From positions 7,874,001 through 7,938,000 of the forward strand of contig CM022674.1 of assembly GCA_012295275.1 (NCBI GenBank): a stretch of DNA of 64,000 nucleotides. The letters run 5' to 3'. Of this stretch, positions 1-13,455 are shown piece by piece. Position 1 is the stretch's first letter; each line of letters starts with the position of its first letter. This DNA is from Chrysomallon squamiferum. Lineage: Eukaryota > Animalia > Mollusca. The position numbers were made by a program, and so were the translations under genes. The notes under the pieces were generated by a model. The model was not told the origin of the DNA. It did not search any database and saw only the letters and a program-made list of their open reading frames with translations.

Positions 1-5
1 CACAT

Positions 6-40
<35 letters not shown>

Positions 41-516
41 GTAAAATAAGAAGAGAAACATTTTTTAGAAATAAAATGTTTGTTTTTCAAGTGTTTTTTC
101 TTATTAAAAACAAATAATGACAAATGTGAATTCTCTTACTATTATGTTTAAGAAGACAATAAGGAAATTGTATTTACCTTGGTAATGTAGAAGGTATGTT
201 AGAAATGTCTTAGTAATTTATGATTTCAGTTGTAATAAAATTAAAATTAAACTTTTTCTCCAGATATGTTTTATTAGTTTTAAAAATGTCAGAAAGTTCT
301 TCCTTCAACATCATTGAAAAAAATCCCAGTCTTAAGAAAATGGAGATTTCAGTTATTCAAATATATACTTATATATAAACAACAAACACGTACAGATACA
401 CACACAGACAAATACCCAGATATAACACAAGGACCCAGGCAGAATTACAACAGACATCATAGTACAAAATGTACATACAAGTGGAGACTGTGATGTTTTA
501 TAGCTAGGGGAAATAC

Positions 517-518
<2 letters not shown>

Positions 519-558
<40 letters not shown>
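519..558. repeat. (TG)n microsatellite
   Basis: Directly visible; similar tracts at 3394-3439 and 51880-52022. Confidence 0.95.
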
Positions 559-562
<4 letters not shown>

Positions 563-2687
563 AGGAAAAGAAAATGTCTGTGACTTTTATGCACAGTTCT
601 GCATGTATCATCATCTAGATTTCTATTTCAGTATCTACATCTTATGTGATATGAACAAATATGTTATCATACTTGTGTAATTCAATAGATTTGCTCCTTC
701 TGCATACTTACAACTCATACTGTGCCTGACTTAATAACATAATATTTTTCAAATATGAAATGAAGCTGTTTTTTTTTTAACTGGTTTGAAATGTTGCAAA
801 GGAGCATAGATGTGTAATAATATCAGAAAACCAGACATATATATAAAAAAAGTTTATTAAGAGATATTCTTGTCATTCATATAACATTTCTACTCTCTTA
901 AATGTTCTTAATTTAGTTTTGGGCAGCATATTTGCAGTATGAAGATGTGTCAGTATATTTTAAAAATCAGGATAAGGCTTTAGGAAGCGGAGGTATAGTT
1001 ATGTGTGTTGTAATGCCTAATTAGAACTCCAGTGTGAGATAAATCTCGTATCTGAGGATCATTAGTAGTTAATACCATATCTCATGGGTGAAGTTACTGA
1101 TACTTTTATCTCTGATTAGCCAGGATCTTCATTTTCATTGCAGTTGTAAACACTGTTCAAGAATGGATATAGTATAAAAAATGTCTGCTAATATATCTAT
1201 CTTTTTTCTTTTGTTGCATCATTTTCTTTTCCTTCTTTTCCTGTTGTTTTAGTTTTTCTTTATTATTATTTTTTTTTTCCCTTAATGTACTATTTTTTTC
1301 ATTAATTTAGTTTTTCTTCTTTCACTTTTTATATTTCATCTTTCATCTTTTTCCACCTTCAATTATATTTTATTATTTTCATTTTTCGTTTTTGCATTCT
1401 AATGATCAGATTTTCTATAATGTTTTTTAAATTTCTATTTTTTAAATTTTATTTTCTTTTTCTTTTTTCTTTTTTTTTTCCTTTAACTTTTCCTATTATC
1501 TTTAATTCTAATATTTTTTTATAATAAAAGTTTTTTCTTTCATTTGTACTTGCCATCACTTTTTTAATGGTTTGTGATTTTGCAAGGATTTCACGTACCT
1601 TTTATAATTTAAATTTTTTTATTTTCTCTTCCGTTATATTTTTCATTCCAGCTGAGGTGTGTCTTTCCTGCTTAAAACAAAATTTGTCAATAATTTCCCT
1701 TCAATAATTTCCCCTCCATTTAGAGGCGTCTGAAGATAAATTTATAAAACTGTCTGACGAATAATGCCATATTAAAAACAAGTTTGTAATCACATTGATC
1801 CATCTAAAATCTTTTTTGGAATTTCATTACACTAACATCTTTATATTTTGATTTTCTGAATTCAGTTGAAATCTCTGTGTTTCATCTTGACACATCTGAG
1901 ACACTTCAAACAAATTATCTAATTTACAATCAGCCTTTTATGGAAATGTTTGAGTATTCTGTTTTGTTTAGCTCTTCCATGTTTTTCATATTTGAATCAG
2001 AAGAATAAAAATTCTCTAATGATTGACAAAAGCTTTCTGAGCTGATAAAATTCCAAATGCTTGTTTATCATTTACTTCCAAAATTCATGCTAATATCAGT
2101 GCTGATTATAACATTGAACTGTAATTATGGTGCTGTGGATATAACATTTGTTTTATTACTTTTCATTTGTTAGTGATCTATAATCTGCTTTGAAGACGAA
2201 CCTTTGTTAATAATGAATTTTTAAAACATATTTTTGATACTGAAATCATTTTGTGTTAACTTCACAAACCAAACTAAGCATGACTTGATAAACCAAATTA
2301 AGTGTGATTTAATAAATCACATTTTTGTATAACTTGATAAATCTAATATCAATTTTCACAAGCCAAGCCTAATAATTAGTTTAAATCTTAGCTTAACCCA
2401 GCCACAGCTTTGACAGATCATACCTTAACATGACTTCACAGATGTAACCAGTTGAGACCAGTCAAAATAAATAATTATAGAAAAAGAAATTATCATAACA
2501 CTTTGTGATATTTTCCTAATAAGACATATGTTGTGGAAACCATTATTTATTAAACATAAAGTTCTTGCTGTTAAATGAAGTGTAAGTATTGATATTAGAT
2601 TTGCATTCACAAATGTTTGGTAGCAAAATAGAAATTTGGTTAATCTTGGTTAAAATTCTCTCTTCTGACTCAAATACTGAAATATAT

Positions 2688-2724
<37 letters not shown>

Positions 2725-3390
2725 CACACAGATATCAATTTTTTTTCTTAAATTTGTATTTGGTGCTGATAAGCACAACACAGCACATTTAAAGGAAATT
2801 AAAGACAATTTCTTCTTTATCTAACTGAGAATTATAAATCTATTTTCTGATGGTTTTATATTTTACAGGCAAAAAGTACTTTTTAACCAAAGGTTTCACC
2901 AAAGGTTTCTGTTTATGTTTTGTACCAGTCTGTCTGTCTCTCTGTCCCAGGTTCCTGCAGATACATTAACCAAAATACTTTAAAAAGCAAATTATTTACT
3001 GTTGCGAAGCAAAAATTACAGTTTAAATTATGTTTTATTATAGCATTAATAAATAATGATTAATGATGACAATTTGAATTATAATTTTGAAAATTACAGA
3101 TAGTTTAATAATGAGTGTCTGACATTTACTTTGATGATTAGTTACAGTCTAGTTTAATGGTGTTTTAAAATCTCATTTACTCTTGTCATTTTAACAAAAA
3201 ACTAATGTATTTTAAAAGTATTTCAGAAATAAAAACATCACCACCAAAAACCTACAATCGCCCACAAAACAATTATGATTTATTTATTCCAAATTATGTA
3301 CTAAAACAGTTTTGGAAAAGAAGGAAAAAAAGAAAAAATCAAATACATTTCCCAGAGCAACAAAATAAAAACTAACTAAATAAATATAAT

Positions 3391-3443
<53 letters not shown>

Positions 3444-3507
3444 AAATCAGTTATTTTTTTTAACTTTAATAATTATTTTATTTCCACCATATTAGGTTTG
3501 TTAGTCG

Positions 3508-3629
3508 ACCTCATCTGCTTCTGGGTCAGTATTAATTTTGGTTTTATTTCTGTGAATATCTGTTAGTCCGTTTTGCTGACGGCACTGTAACAAAAATATG
3601 ATTAGTTTCTCGTATTTTAGCTGTAAGCA
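3508..3629. repeat. Dispersed ~120 bp repeat, copy 1 (probable transposon relic)
   Basis: Colinear similarity to 4224-4344 (ttctgggtcagtat.aatttt.gttttatttctgtgaa...gttagtcc...). Confidence 0.75.
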
Positions 3630-4223
3630 ACAGTTTCCATCAGCTTTCTGAAATCATATCTAAATTTAGCATTCTTAGATATCGTTTCAAGGTTGCTTTC
3701 TGTAATTTCATTTAATAAATGTTTTCTAAAACGGTTATCTCAGTAGGATAAACTTCATTTTATGGTCATGCTTAAACATTTTATTTCTGGATGAAATTTT
3801 TAAATTTTGTTTAATTTCATAGTACTTAAAGGTTTCATGAACAGTCCTCAGATAATTATAATAAAATAAAAAAAATAAAATAAAATAAAAAAGGAGACAA
3901 TAAAAAAAAAATAAAAAAAAATAAATGAATAATAACTGCTAACAATGTCTAAAATCAAGTTATTTTCTATATTTTATCTTTTTTTTCATTTATTTGATAA
4001 AAGTGTATTTTTCAGGCAGTTTTACTAGATTAAGAATTTTAGTTCCATTTGCAGAAAAACTAAATCTATAATGCCAAAAAAAAAAAATAAAATAAATAAA
4101 AAATAAAATCATTACTCAAATATTTTAAATTTTATTTTTATTTCTATTATTTTTTTCTTCCAGCTATATGAAATATAATCAATTTTTTTGCCATGAAAAA
4201 TTACATCATAGTTTAGTTGGTGC

Positions 4224-4344
4224 ACCTCTTCTGTTTCTGGGTCAGTATCAATTTTAGTTTTATTTCTGTGAACGTTTGTTAGTCCATTCTGCTGTTGGCT
4301 CGCTAACAGAGATGAGATGAGTTTCCTTATTTCAGCTTTAAGCA
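4224..4344. repeat. Dispersed ~120 bp repeat, copy 2
   Basis: Same orientation as, and diverged from, 3508-3629. Confidence 0.75.
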
Positions 4345-6334
4345 GTCACTTTGTGTGTAGACAAACAGACAAACAGACTAATAATAGTTGTGATGTTTTT
4401 TCAACTGTGCTGCAAATGGCTCCATGGAGTGCTGCCTGGTTAATGCAATAACTGCAGTAAATTAACAACCTTTCCAGCCACTGGAGACATGCAACTTCTT
4501 AATTGCTAAGATTTGTGTTTTTTTCTTATTGAATGAAAACAGTGTCTGTCTGTCTATCTGTCTGTCAGACTCTTGAGTTTTCATTTGTTGGTAATGATGA
4601 GTTTGAGAATCTCCTTCATTCTAATTTTATTTTTCTCTCACTCTTTCATGTTACTTCTCCTTCTATTCTTTTTTTTTAATTTTCATTCTCTCCTAAGACA
4701 GTGTGATTAAAAGCCAAAAAAAAAACCACTAACAAATGTTGTAAAAATGACAGTTATAATGATGATAAGGATTTAAAAAAAAAGAAAAAAAAGCCACAAT
4801 TACAAACAGTAGTAGTACAGATGTCAATAGCTGTGTAAGTAGTAGTAGTAGTAAGACAGCAGCTTTAGTAACAGTAATAGCAGTAGTAGTAGTAGCAATT
4901 TTTACCAAACCTAAAAGGTTTACATCATACACTGAATAGATTTGTTTTAATATATATGAAACATAGTTGACAGAGAGAATTAGAGATATAATCAACTTTT
5001 AATTTTTTATGAGTTTATTCCCTGTTCTCTTTTCATAATAACCTACACTGAGAGAAGCTTATTTATGACTGTCATTTTCCTTTTTTTCTGAACTGTCTTG
5101 AGATAACTGGTTATTAATATGATCAGTCCTCACATTGTAATAAATTAAGGATCAAGCAGCTATGTCCTGTCTGCTTCATTGACCTTTCAAAGTCAAATTA
5201 AACCATTTTCATTTTTGGGGAAATTGAATAATATAAAATTCATTTTGTTGAAGATTGTGTATTCATTCATAACAGAAATAAATGAAAATCATAATTAATG
5301 ATTTTCATAATGTTTGGTTCTGTTTTTGTTTTTTGTATTGAACAATTTCACACGCCATAACTCCATATCTGATTTATCAGTAGCTGTGGTATGTGAGGTC
5401 TTGTTAGTGCACATAAATGATTCCTTGAAGTTTATCAGTGAGATTAACATGTAATTAGGTTTTGTTCATTTACCGTCTCAGCACTTTTCAACATTAATCA
5501 AACACTGACATTCAGCTTGGATGAACTTTATTATTACAACATTTTTTTTGAGAAGATAGATATGAATTATCTTTTTTTTTCAAAGCATTATTTTTAATTA
5601 ATAAAGGATAAATGTAAAGTAAAATATCATTTATCGTTTCTCCTCTTTGTTTATTTTACTATATTTTGATTGTTTTTCAAAAATAATAATTATTGAAAAC
5701 GTAATTAAAATAATGTAAAAAGTATTTTTGTTATTATAACTAACTTGTTCTATCTTGAAAATAAAGCTATTCATGTAGAAAAATTAATTATTAAATGTAA
5801 TATGAACATATCATTCAATATTACCACCATGAAATACGAATCTTATTCCACAAGCAATGATGAAACCAATGTAACACTTTAATTTATTAAACACTATTAG
5901 CATTATGAGCAAGACTGGCTTAAGAAACCTGACACTATTGGAATATTCACCTGATTAGACAACATTTTAAACAAGACCCACAAACACATCTCCAATATTT
6001 ACCCACTCTGCAGACACTCACAGTGTTTACTGCCTCTCTTCACCATCGTCTGTCTGCTACAAGACAACGTTGGCAGGAAGCGTCTTGGCTCCTGAAGTTC
6101 AATGAGTTTTTATGTGAACGCAAAGATAAACTCAGCCTCTTGGACTGTGCAGAGACGGTGATCAAGATTAAATGGAAATTACAACACTGTAATAATGGCA
6201 GTATTGATATTTTCTAGCTAATGACATTGTGTTCTTGTCTGTTCATCATATTATCTGTCTGTCTCTTCCTTCTTTCACTTTCTTTGTTCAAATCCAGCCA
6301 GACTGATGCTGTTGTTGTTGCTGTTTATTTTCAT

Positions 6335-6570
6335 TGTTATTGTTATTATTATTATTATTATTATTATCATTATTATGATATTCATTATATCAAATCTTAT
6401 TATAATTATTCTGATCATAATCAACATCACTTTATTATTATTATTATTACTATTACTATTATTATTATTATTATTATTATTCGTTATATGAAATCTTACT
6501 ATAATTATTCTGATCATAATCATCATCACTGTTTTTGTTGTTATTATTATTATTATTATTACTACTATAT
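6335..6570. repeat. Compound (ATT)n microsatellite with an internal ~50 bp duplication
   Basis: aaatctta.tataattattctgatcataatca.catcact occurs twice between ATT tracts. Confidence 0.85.
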
Positions 6571-8445
6571 GATTGAAGATTGAAAATAGTTTATCTAAAA
6601 TTCCAAAATCTGAAACCATTTGGAGGAGCCAGGAATGTGATATGTTGCACTTTTCAAATAGATGTGTTTGCACAGACCTTATTTCATGCACAAATTTATT
6701 AGAAATATTAAACAAAAGGCTGAAGATGTGAAATACCAATGAGTTTCATATTTGTCTTTGATGATATTTTAAGTCTAATTTCTTTACACTCAAAAATCTT
6801 CAAAAATTTATTATTATATAAAATTATTATCATTATTATCATTATTATCATTATTATTATTATTATTATTAATTTATTTCTAACAATGTTTTCAAATATT
6901 ATCTAATTTCTAATTATATTGATCTAAATTGTCTTTCCAACAAAATTTTGAACAAGACAGAATCCGTCTCCTGTAACACACTCATCTATGATCCTCAGAA
7001 TACACACAGCATTCTCATCAAGAACAACAACAATTAAAAAAGCTAGTACAAGCCAGAGAAATGAGTTCTGGTCTGTTTGAGAAAGATAAAAATGTTAATG
7101 TCTTTGTAATGTAATTACAGCATACCCAAGTTAAATGATCCATTACAGAAATATAATTAATAGTAGTCTACACGCATTACACACATACACACACATAGAC
7201 ACACTTTTCTCCTACAATTATGTTTGTTTTATCGACATCTGAAGCCCAAAACAACATCTAATCAACTCTTAATAAGCAGTTTTGACAGAAGAAGGCTTTT
7301 AAAAAATTCAAGTGGCTGCTAAAATGAGTTTCTTTTACATTCTAGCTTTATGATTAATAAATATTTTGAAATAAATTGTTTAAAGATTTTTTTTTTTTTG
7401 AATTGTCTTAAATATTTATGAATGTTCTATGTTTGGGTATATTGCTAGGTGGATTGATAAATGGATGTATGGGTAGATGTTGATGCGATTGATGTTTGGA
7501 CAGATGTTGTTACCAAAAGACTATGTTGATGGATGGATAGATTGATGAATAAAATGGATCGATTTGAAACTCTGTAAAATAAATTAATAAATACTTGTTA
7601 GGATATGTTAATGAATAATTTGATGATGTGAGATTAGTTAATTAGTGTTATTTATATAAAATAATATTCAGAAATAAAAGAAAGGAAAAGTAAAAAAGAG
7701 ACACAGCAGGAAAGATGTTGTTCAATTCTTTAATTACAGATGGTCTCTGACCGATTTTCTCACATCTTTTGTGTGATTTATTTCTCAAATAGGTTCTTAT
7801 AGATTATTAATGTCTGTGGTTAGTTTTCATTATTGCACTCGCTGTCTGTGTGTGTTGAAATTAATCACTGAATCCGTGTATTGTGTTATGAGTAGGAGAC
7901 CACTGGTTTATAATCTCTCCATCATTTACCCATTATTAATGTGTCAAACACAGCACTAGGACATTTCTGTCTTTGTGATACATCATCACAAACTCAATTA
8001 CTGGATGGGAGAGGAGGACATGATGTAGACAGAGAATGTTAGAACACAGGTTTTGTTCTGATAGTAAACTAACAAAGTATTTCATTAAGAGACGTAAACT
8101 GGGGAAACAAATAACATAAATACAGGAGTACTGAGTTTTTGAGGAGTAGAAGACATGCTGGAAGAGACACATAAGTTATTCCTTTTGCTTAACAAAGACT
8201 GTTAGGATTTTTGTAGTTTTAATGAATTTGAGTTCAACAGTATTTGGAAACAACTTTGACATGACACTGTTTTTTATGCAGTATTGGTCTTTAGATAAGT
8301 TAAGAAATTTTGGGAAAGTCTTCTGAATTTGTTTGTAATATCCTACAGGCTGCTGTTTTGTTTTTGTTCACATGAATATTATTTCCACTATTATTACACA
8401 ACCACTCCTACTACCACTACTATCATTACTACTACTAACATGATC

Positions 8446-8780
8446 AATATCAGTACCATCACCAATATCAATATCATCACCAACATCAATACCATTACCA
8501 ATATCAATACCATCACCACTATCAGTACCATCACCAATATCAGTACCATCACCAATATCAGTACCATCCCTATAATTGCTACTAATCTTTTTTAACACTG
8601 ATACAAGTATCACTGCTGCTGCTTCTGCTATTACTACTTCGACTACTGCTGCTGCAGCTACTGCTACTATAACAACAACTCCTACTACTACTACTAAAAC
8701 AACTATGGCTACTGCTACTATAACAACAACTCCTACTACTACTACTAAAACAACTACGGCTACTTCTACTACTACTGCAA
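8446..8780. repeat. 18-bp minisatellite (ATCAGTACCATCACCAAT) followed by ACT/GCT/ACA compound repeats
   Basis: Tandem units are directly visible. Confidence 0.85.
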
Positions 8781-11700
8781 TTAATTTTGCATTAAAAACC
8801 AGTGAAAAGAACAGAATAAATAAAGTGAAATGGATGATAATCTTTGATGTAAATTAATTTAATTTTTCACTGTTAATCAGTAAAAAAAGAAAGAAAAAAA
8901 AGGTAAAAAATAACTTAATTTTATGTCCATAGCAAAGTAGCAATGAATCTTTCCTTGCAGTAAATTCAGATCTAAATTGTGTTTGAGAAAAAGAAAAACA
9001 GATTTTGCACGTTCATGAAACAGCCAATACATCTTTATTTAAAGAAAATTTATTGTTCTCTTCCAATAAGATCAGATACTGAAATGAGAAATAAATTCCA
9101 GACTAAGACCAATAAGAAATATCTGATCCCAGTATTAATATTAGATGTCAGCAAAATACTGATAGCACCCAGGCAGGCAATTCTATGTGTGCAAAGTCTT
9201 GGAATTCTGTAGTTACCAGCTCTGAGATAAATCAAGCTTAGAGAGTTCCATTATAGGACAAACATTGGTTTAACCAATGAGAAGCTATCTTCAAATTGAT
9301 GAGATTAAACTGTGGATAAACTGGCTCCCAAATTAGGACCAGGTTTACATTTTGTCCAATTATTTGCTTGAGCATTGCCGAAGAATTGGCTTCAGAGTGC
9401 CCAAGTTTGTATAGGGCTATAGAAATGTGCTTCCAATCAATATGTGTGTTGTTTGTCTAACCTCTTTTGTTTGAATTTAGATCACCATTTCATCACAGTC
9501 TGAACCCACCAGTGATTGAAGTAACATATTTACAAGTTATCTATTTTACACACATCACAAGTCAGTCACATAATTCTATCACCTTTAGGTTGTACCAATC
9601 TGTGACCTTAGAGCTGCAGCATATTGAAATTATTTTATGCTGGAGGTTTTAAATAATTCCTCATAGTTTGTTATCAGTCTCCTTTAGGTTTTCCAATGTA
9701 TGATCTTTTTCTCTTGACTTTTGAACTGTATTATTCCATCACTTTTAGGCTGTACTATTTTATCAAAATAAATGGTATGTATTTTCCTGTTTTCCCAAAA
9801 GTAATATATAATAGATTTCCTTGATGGTAAATAAAAAAGAGTAGCATATCATGATGGCATCTGTTACCTCTAATATTTCCCTCTGGTGCTTAATGTATAT
9901 GTTTTATAAATGTACTGAGTAAATGTTTAAAACATTTCCACCCTTCTTGTTGGATTTGTATACACAGTAATTTCAATATACTAAGTCATAAATAATAAAT
10001 CCAATCTATCCGATTTCTCAGCTAGCTAAGCTGTTTGATTAACTATGGGCTCATCAAGTGTCAAAATATGCCAAGTTTTCCATGATGACCAAACTTTGGT
10101 TAACTGTTGAAATACTATCAAAAGCTTGGTAGTAACTACAAGCTTAACATTTACCACTAAGCTTCATTAGTAAGTATTAAACTTGATATTCTGAGTACTG
10201 CATTTGAAGTACCTGGCTTGATGGTAATTATTAAAACTGATACTAGCAGCTATATTTCATACTAAGTGCAAAGACCATTGTGTGTACTATCCTGTCTGTG
10301 TTATACTGAATGTAAAAGCTGTATTATCAGTATTAAACATTAAACTGTAAATAAAATACATTGAGTATTACAGTAAACTGTCTTCTTTTTACCTTCCTTT
10401 TATACTAATTGCTGATCTTGATACAAGCCTTTAAGTGTGTTTATAATTATTAAGTTTTATACTATTAAGCTTCTTACTAACAATTAAACTTAATAATAAC
10501 TAGTAAACATGATCTTAGCAAACCAAACTGGTTACTGAATACTAAGCTTGATACTAACAACCAAAGTAGAAAGTAATTAACACTAATATTGATGGTAACT
10601 TGTTTATTACCAGCAATTACTAAGCTTGATACTAATGACAAACGTTGGTTATTAAGAGTGATACTGTTGTAAGTATAGAATACTGAGATCCTGTTCATAC
10701 AAAATAAACTGTTTAATGCAGAAGAAGCATCCATCAGAAATGATACAGTTTGTAAGAGTGAATGATGCTTTCTAAAGTGTTACTGAAATGTTTATATAGT
10801 ATTAAATACAAATGCTGACTATAGATGTTTAAAAAAAAAAAAAGGAGATTTGCTTGTATGTACACAGTACAGTCTGTTATTGCATTTAAAGGGACCATGT
10901 GGTTCCATACATCACATTTTTTAAAACTTTCTTGAAAGTTATCAGGAATCCACACACGTTAAAACTCTGTAGAAAAAACAGACATGTAAAAATTCATTTA
11001 TCAGTGTCAGTGTGAGGTTTTGATTTTCAGATTACAAAATAACTCAAGGTTTCTTTTTAATCAATATGCTTCATGATTTTAAAAATTACATAAAATATAA
11101 AATATATTTATCTTCCTTCTGTTTGTCTGCTTGTCTACCTTGGCAGGTAGGTTGATTATGTGCTTGCTAATTTGTTCATAGATAGTGAGGTGCATCTGTA
11201 TATGTGCAAGGTGAACAAAATAAAAAATAAAAATTATCTTTGTAATGTAATATTATGCAATGGTATGTATTAACAAAAAAGACCTTCAAAAATTAAAGGA
11301 AGTTAATTAGTGTAGGAATTCTGGGATATGTCCATTGTTTTCTCTTTATTTCTCACTCACTGTTTTTAACTATATTCATCTGGTTATTATCACTGACCAT
11401 TGCCATAGCAATGGTAATTCCTTTGATTTCTGTGACTCTGTGATTATTCTTTTAGATTTATTGACATTGGTACCAATGCCCAACTATCATTACTTCTGCT
11501 GATCATTTCTCCGACACTTAATCCCAGGAGGTTGGGGTGAATGACATTACATCTAACTGATGTGTTGAATAGTTCAGAATCATAATTATATGTCATCAGA
11601 AGTAAGCCGTGGAAACAAATGGGAAATGTCTATACAAACATATGAAACACTGTTTGGTTTTCTTTATCTCCTTTGCATTTGGTATGTGTATCTATATGTA

Positions 11701-11888
11701 TTTGTGTTTGTGTCTGTGTCTGTGTATGTTAGTATGTGTGTGTTTGTGGGCACATATCATAGGTAGAACTACTAATTCAGTTTACAAATAGATTCAACCA
11801 TTCCTGTTTTCATTCGTCCTCTCTCTCTTTGTCTCCTCATTTGACTCTTTCTCTTTCCTTTCCCCTTTCTGTCTATCTCTTCCTTCTT

Positions 11889-11938
<50 letters not shown>

Positions 11939-13317
11939 CTCCCCTCCCTCCCTCCCCTCACTCTGCCATTTAATTAGCACCCGAAAACAGTTAAACTTAG
12001 CAAGATAATCTTGTACACATGTCACTAAAAGTACTCGCACAAACATCGCTGTCTTTTTTACATTTTGTTATTCTAAAACCTTGAGCAGTCTCCATTTTAA
12101 TGATAGAGATAAGACAGAACTGTCATATGTATAAAACAAAACAAAGGAAACAAAAAAAAACAACAACAAAAATAATGATGTTCATTAACTCCATACTCAA
12201 GGGAATGTATCTTCCATTTGCCCAGTGAAATTATCCACCTTATAAAAAAAAAAAAGTTTTTAATGAGGGCAGCTGTGTATGTGAAAACATAGCCTGAAGC
12301 TAATACTGAAGGTCAGTGCAACATGACTTGGCATTTAGTAATCCATTTATACCTGCTCTGTTGATGCCGACCACGGGACACAGGGGATGATGTTCTGACA
12401 TTGTTTCTAGACTCGCCAACCACGCAGCGTCATTGTAAGAGACAACAGCTAATTGTTCCATCTAATTATGGCACTTAGTTGAAGTGCAATTTTTATTGCA
12501 GATTTCACCCACGAGGATTACAAATGTATGAATCTATAAACGTTCGGTATTTTCATATCAGTTAATAAAGACCAGGTCTGCTGTAGACACAGTGGAGTTG
12601 TGTGTTTCAGTATTTGGTTTCAATTTGGCGCATTACATAACATCATGTTTCACTGAGGGATGTTAAATATTTTTTTATTATTGATGAAATTTTGGACATT
12701 TCAAAAGTGTTCTGTTCGCTTTAAAATAATATATAGATACATATATATATATATACCTGAAACAAAAATAAAACAAACAAAAGTATTTAAATAATTTGAC
12801 AAAATTTTCTATTATTTTAAATTATTTCAGATTAAAATAATGAAAAATGTTTTCAAAAAATTAAAATTTTTCTTCTTTAGTTCTACAATTACTGAATTAA
12901 CATAACAGTGTTATTTTATTGTTACATCAGTAATCAATCATTCATGACTTTGACAGCTAACTGTAGGTTTCCACGACAACTGAACACAACCATTGTCTTC
13001 ATTATCAACATTTTTTTCAGAACTTTTACACCGGTTGTTAAAAAAACTAGACAACAAATTGCTGTCCTGGAATAATGAATTACTTTGCTGTGGCAATTTA
13101 ACTCTTTTCATATGTAATTATCTCCCTTCTTTCAAAATTTAAATGGATTGCACTTTTTTGTTGTACTTTTTATTGTTGAAAATTTAAAAATTTCAGATAG
13201 GATATTTAAAAATAAAGCAAACATGTTAAAATGTTTAGAATGTTCATTAACTGATTCTTATTTCTAAAAACTATATCTATCAATTAATAAATTAACTAAA
13301 TAATATATATATATTTA

Positions 13318-13323
<6 letters not shown>

Positions 13324-13391
<68 letters not shown>

Positions 13392-13455
13392 GATAGATAG
13401 ATATATATTTACACATATGCAAACAAATACACACACACACACACACACACACTCA
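13324..13455. repeat. Compound (CT)n(AT)n(AGAT)n(CA)n microsatellite
   Basis: Directly visible; (CT)n also at 11892-11936 and 50667-50741, (AG)n at 59498-59558. Confidence 0.95.

Noticed and set aside
6221-6739. Overlapping poly-Ile/Tyr/Leu/Asn ORFs that look like membrane proteins
   Set aside because: (ATT)n microsatellite translations; the same applies at 17503, 38358 and 46498.
8329-8857. TNISTI / GDGTDI repeat ORFs and a Thr-rich ORF
   Set aside because: Products of an 18-bp minisatellite and trinucleotide repeats; no splice signals or domain support.
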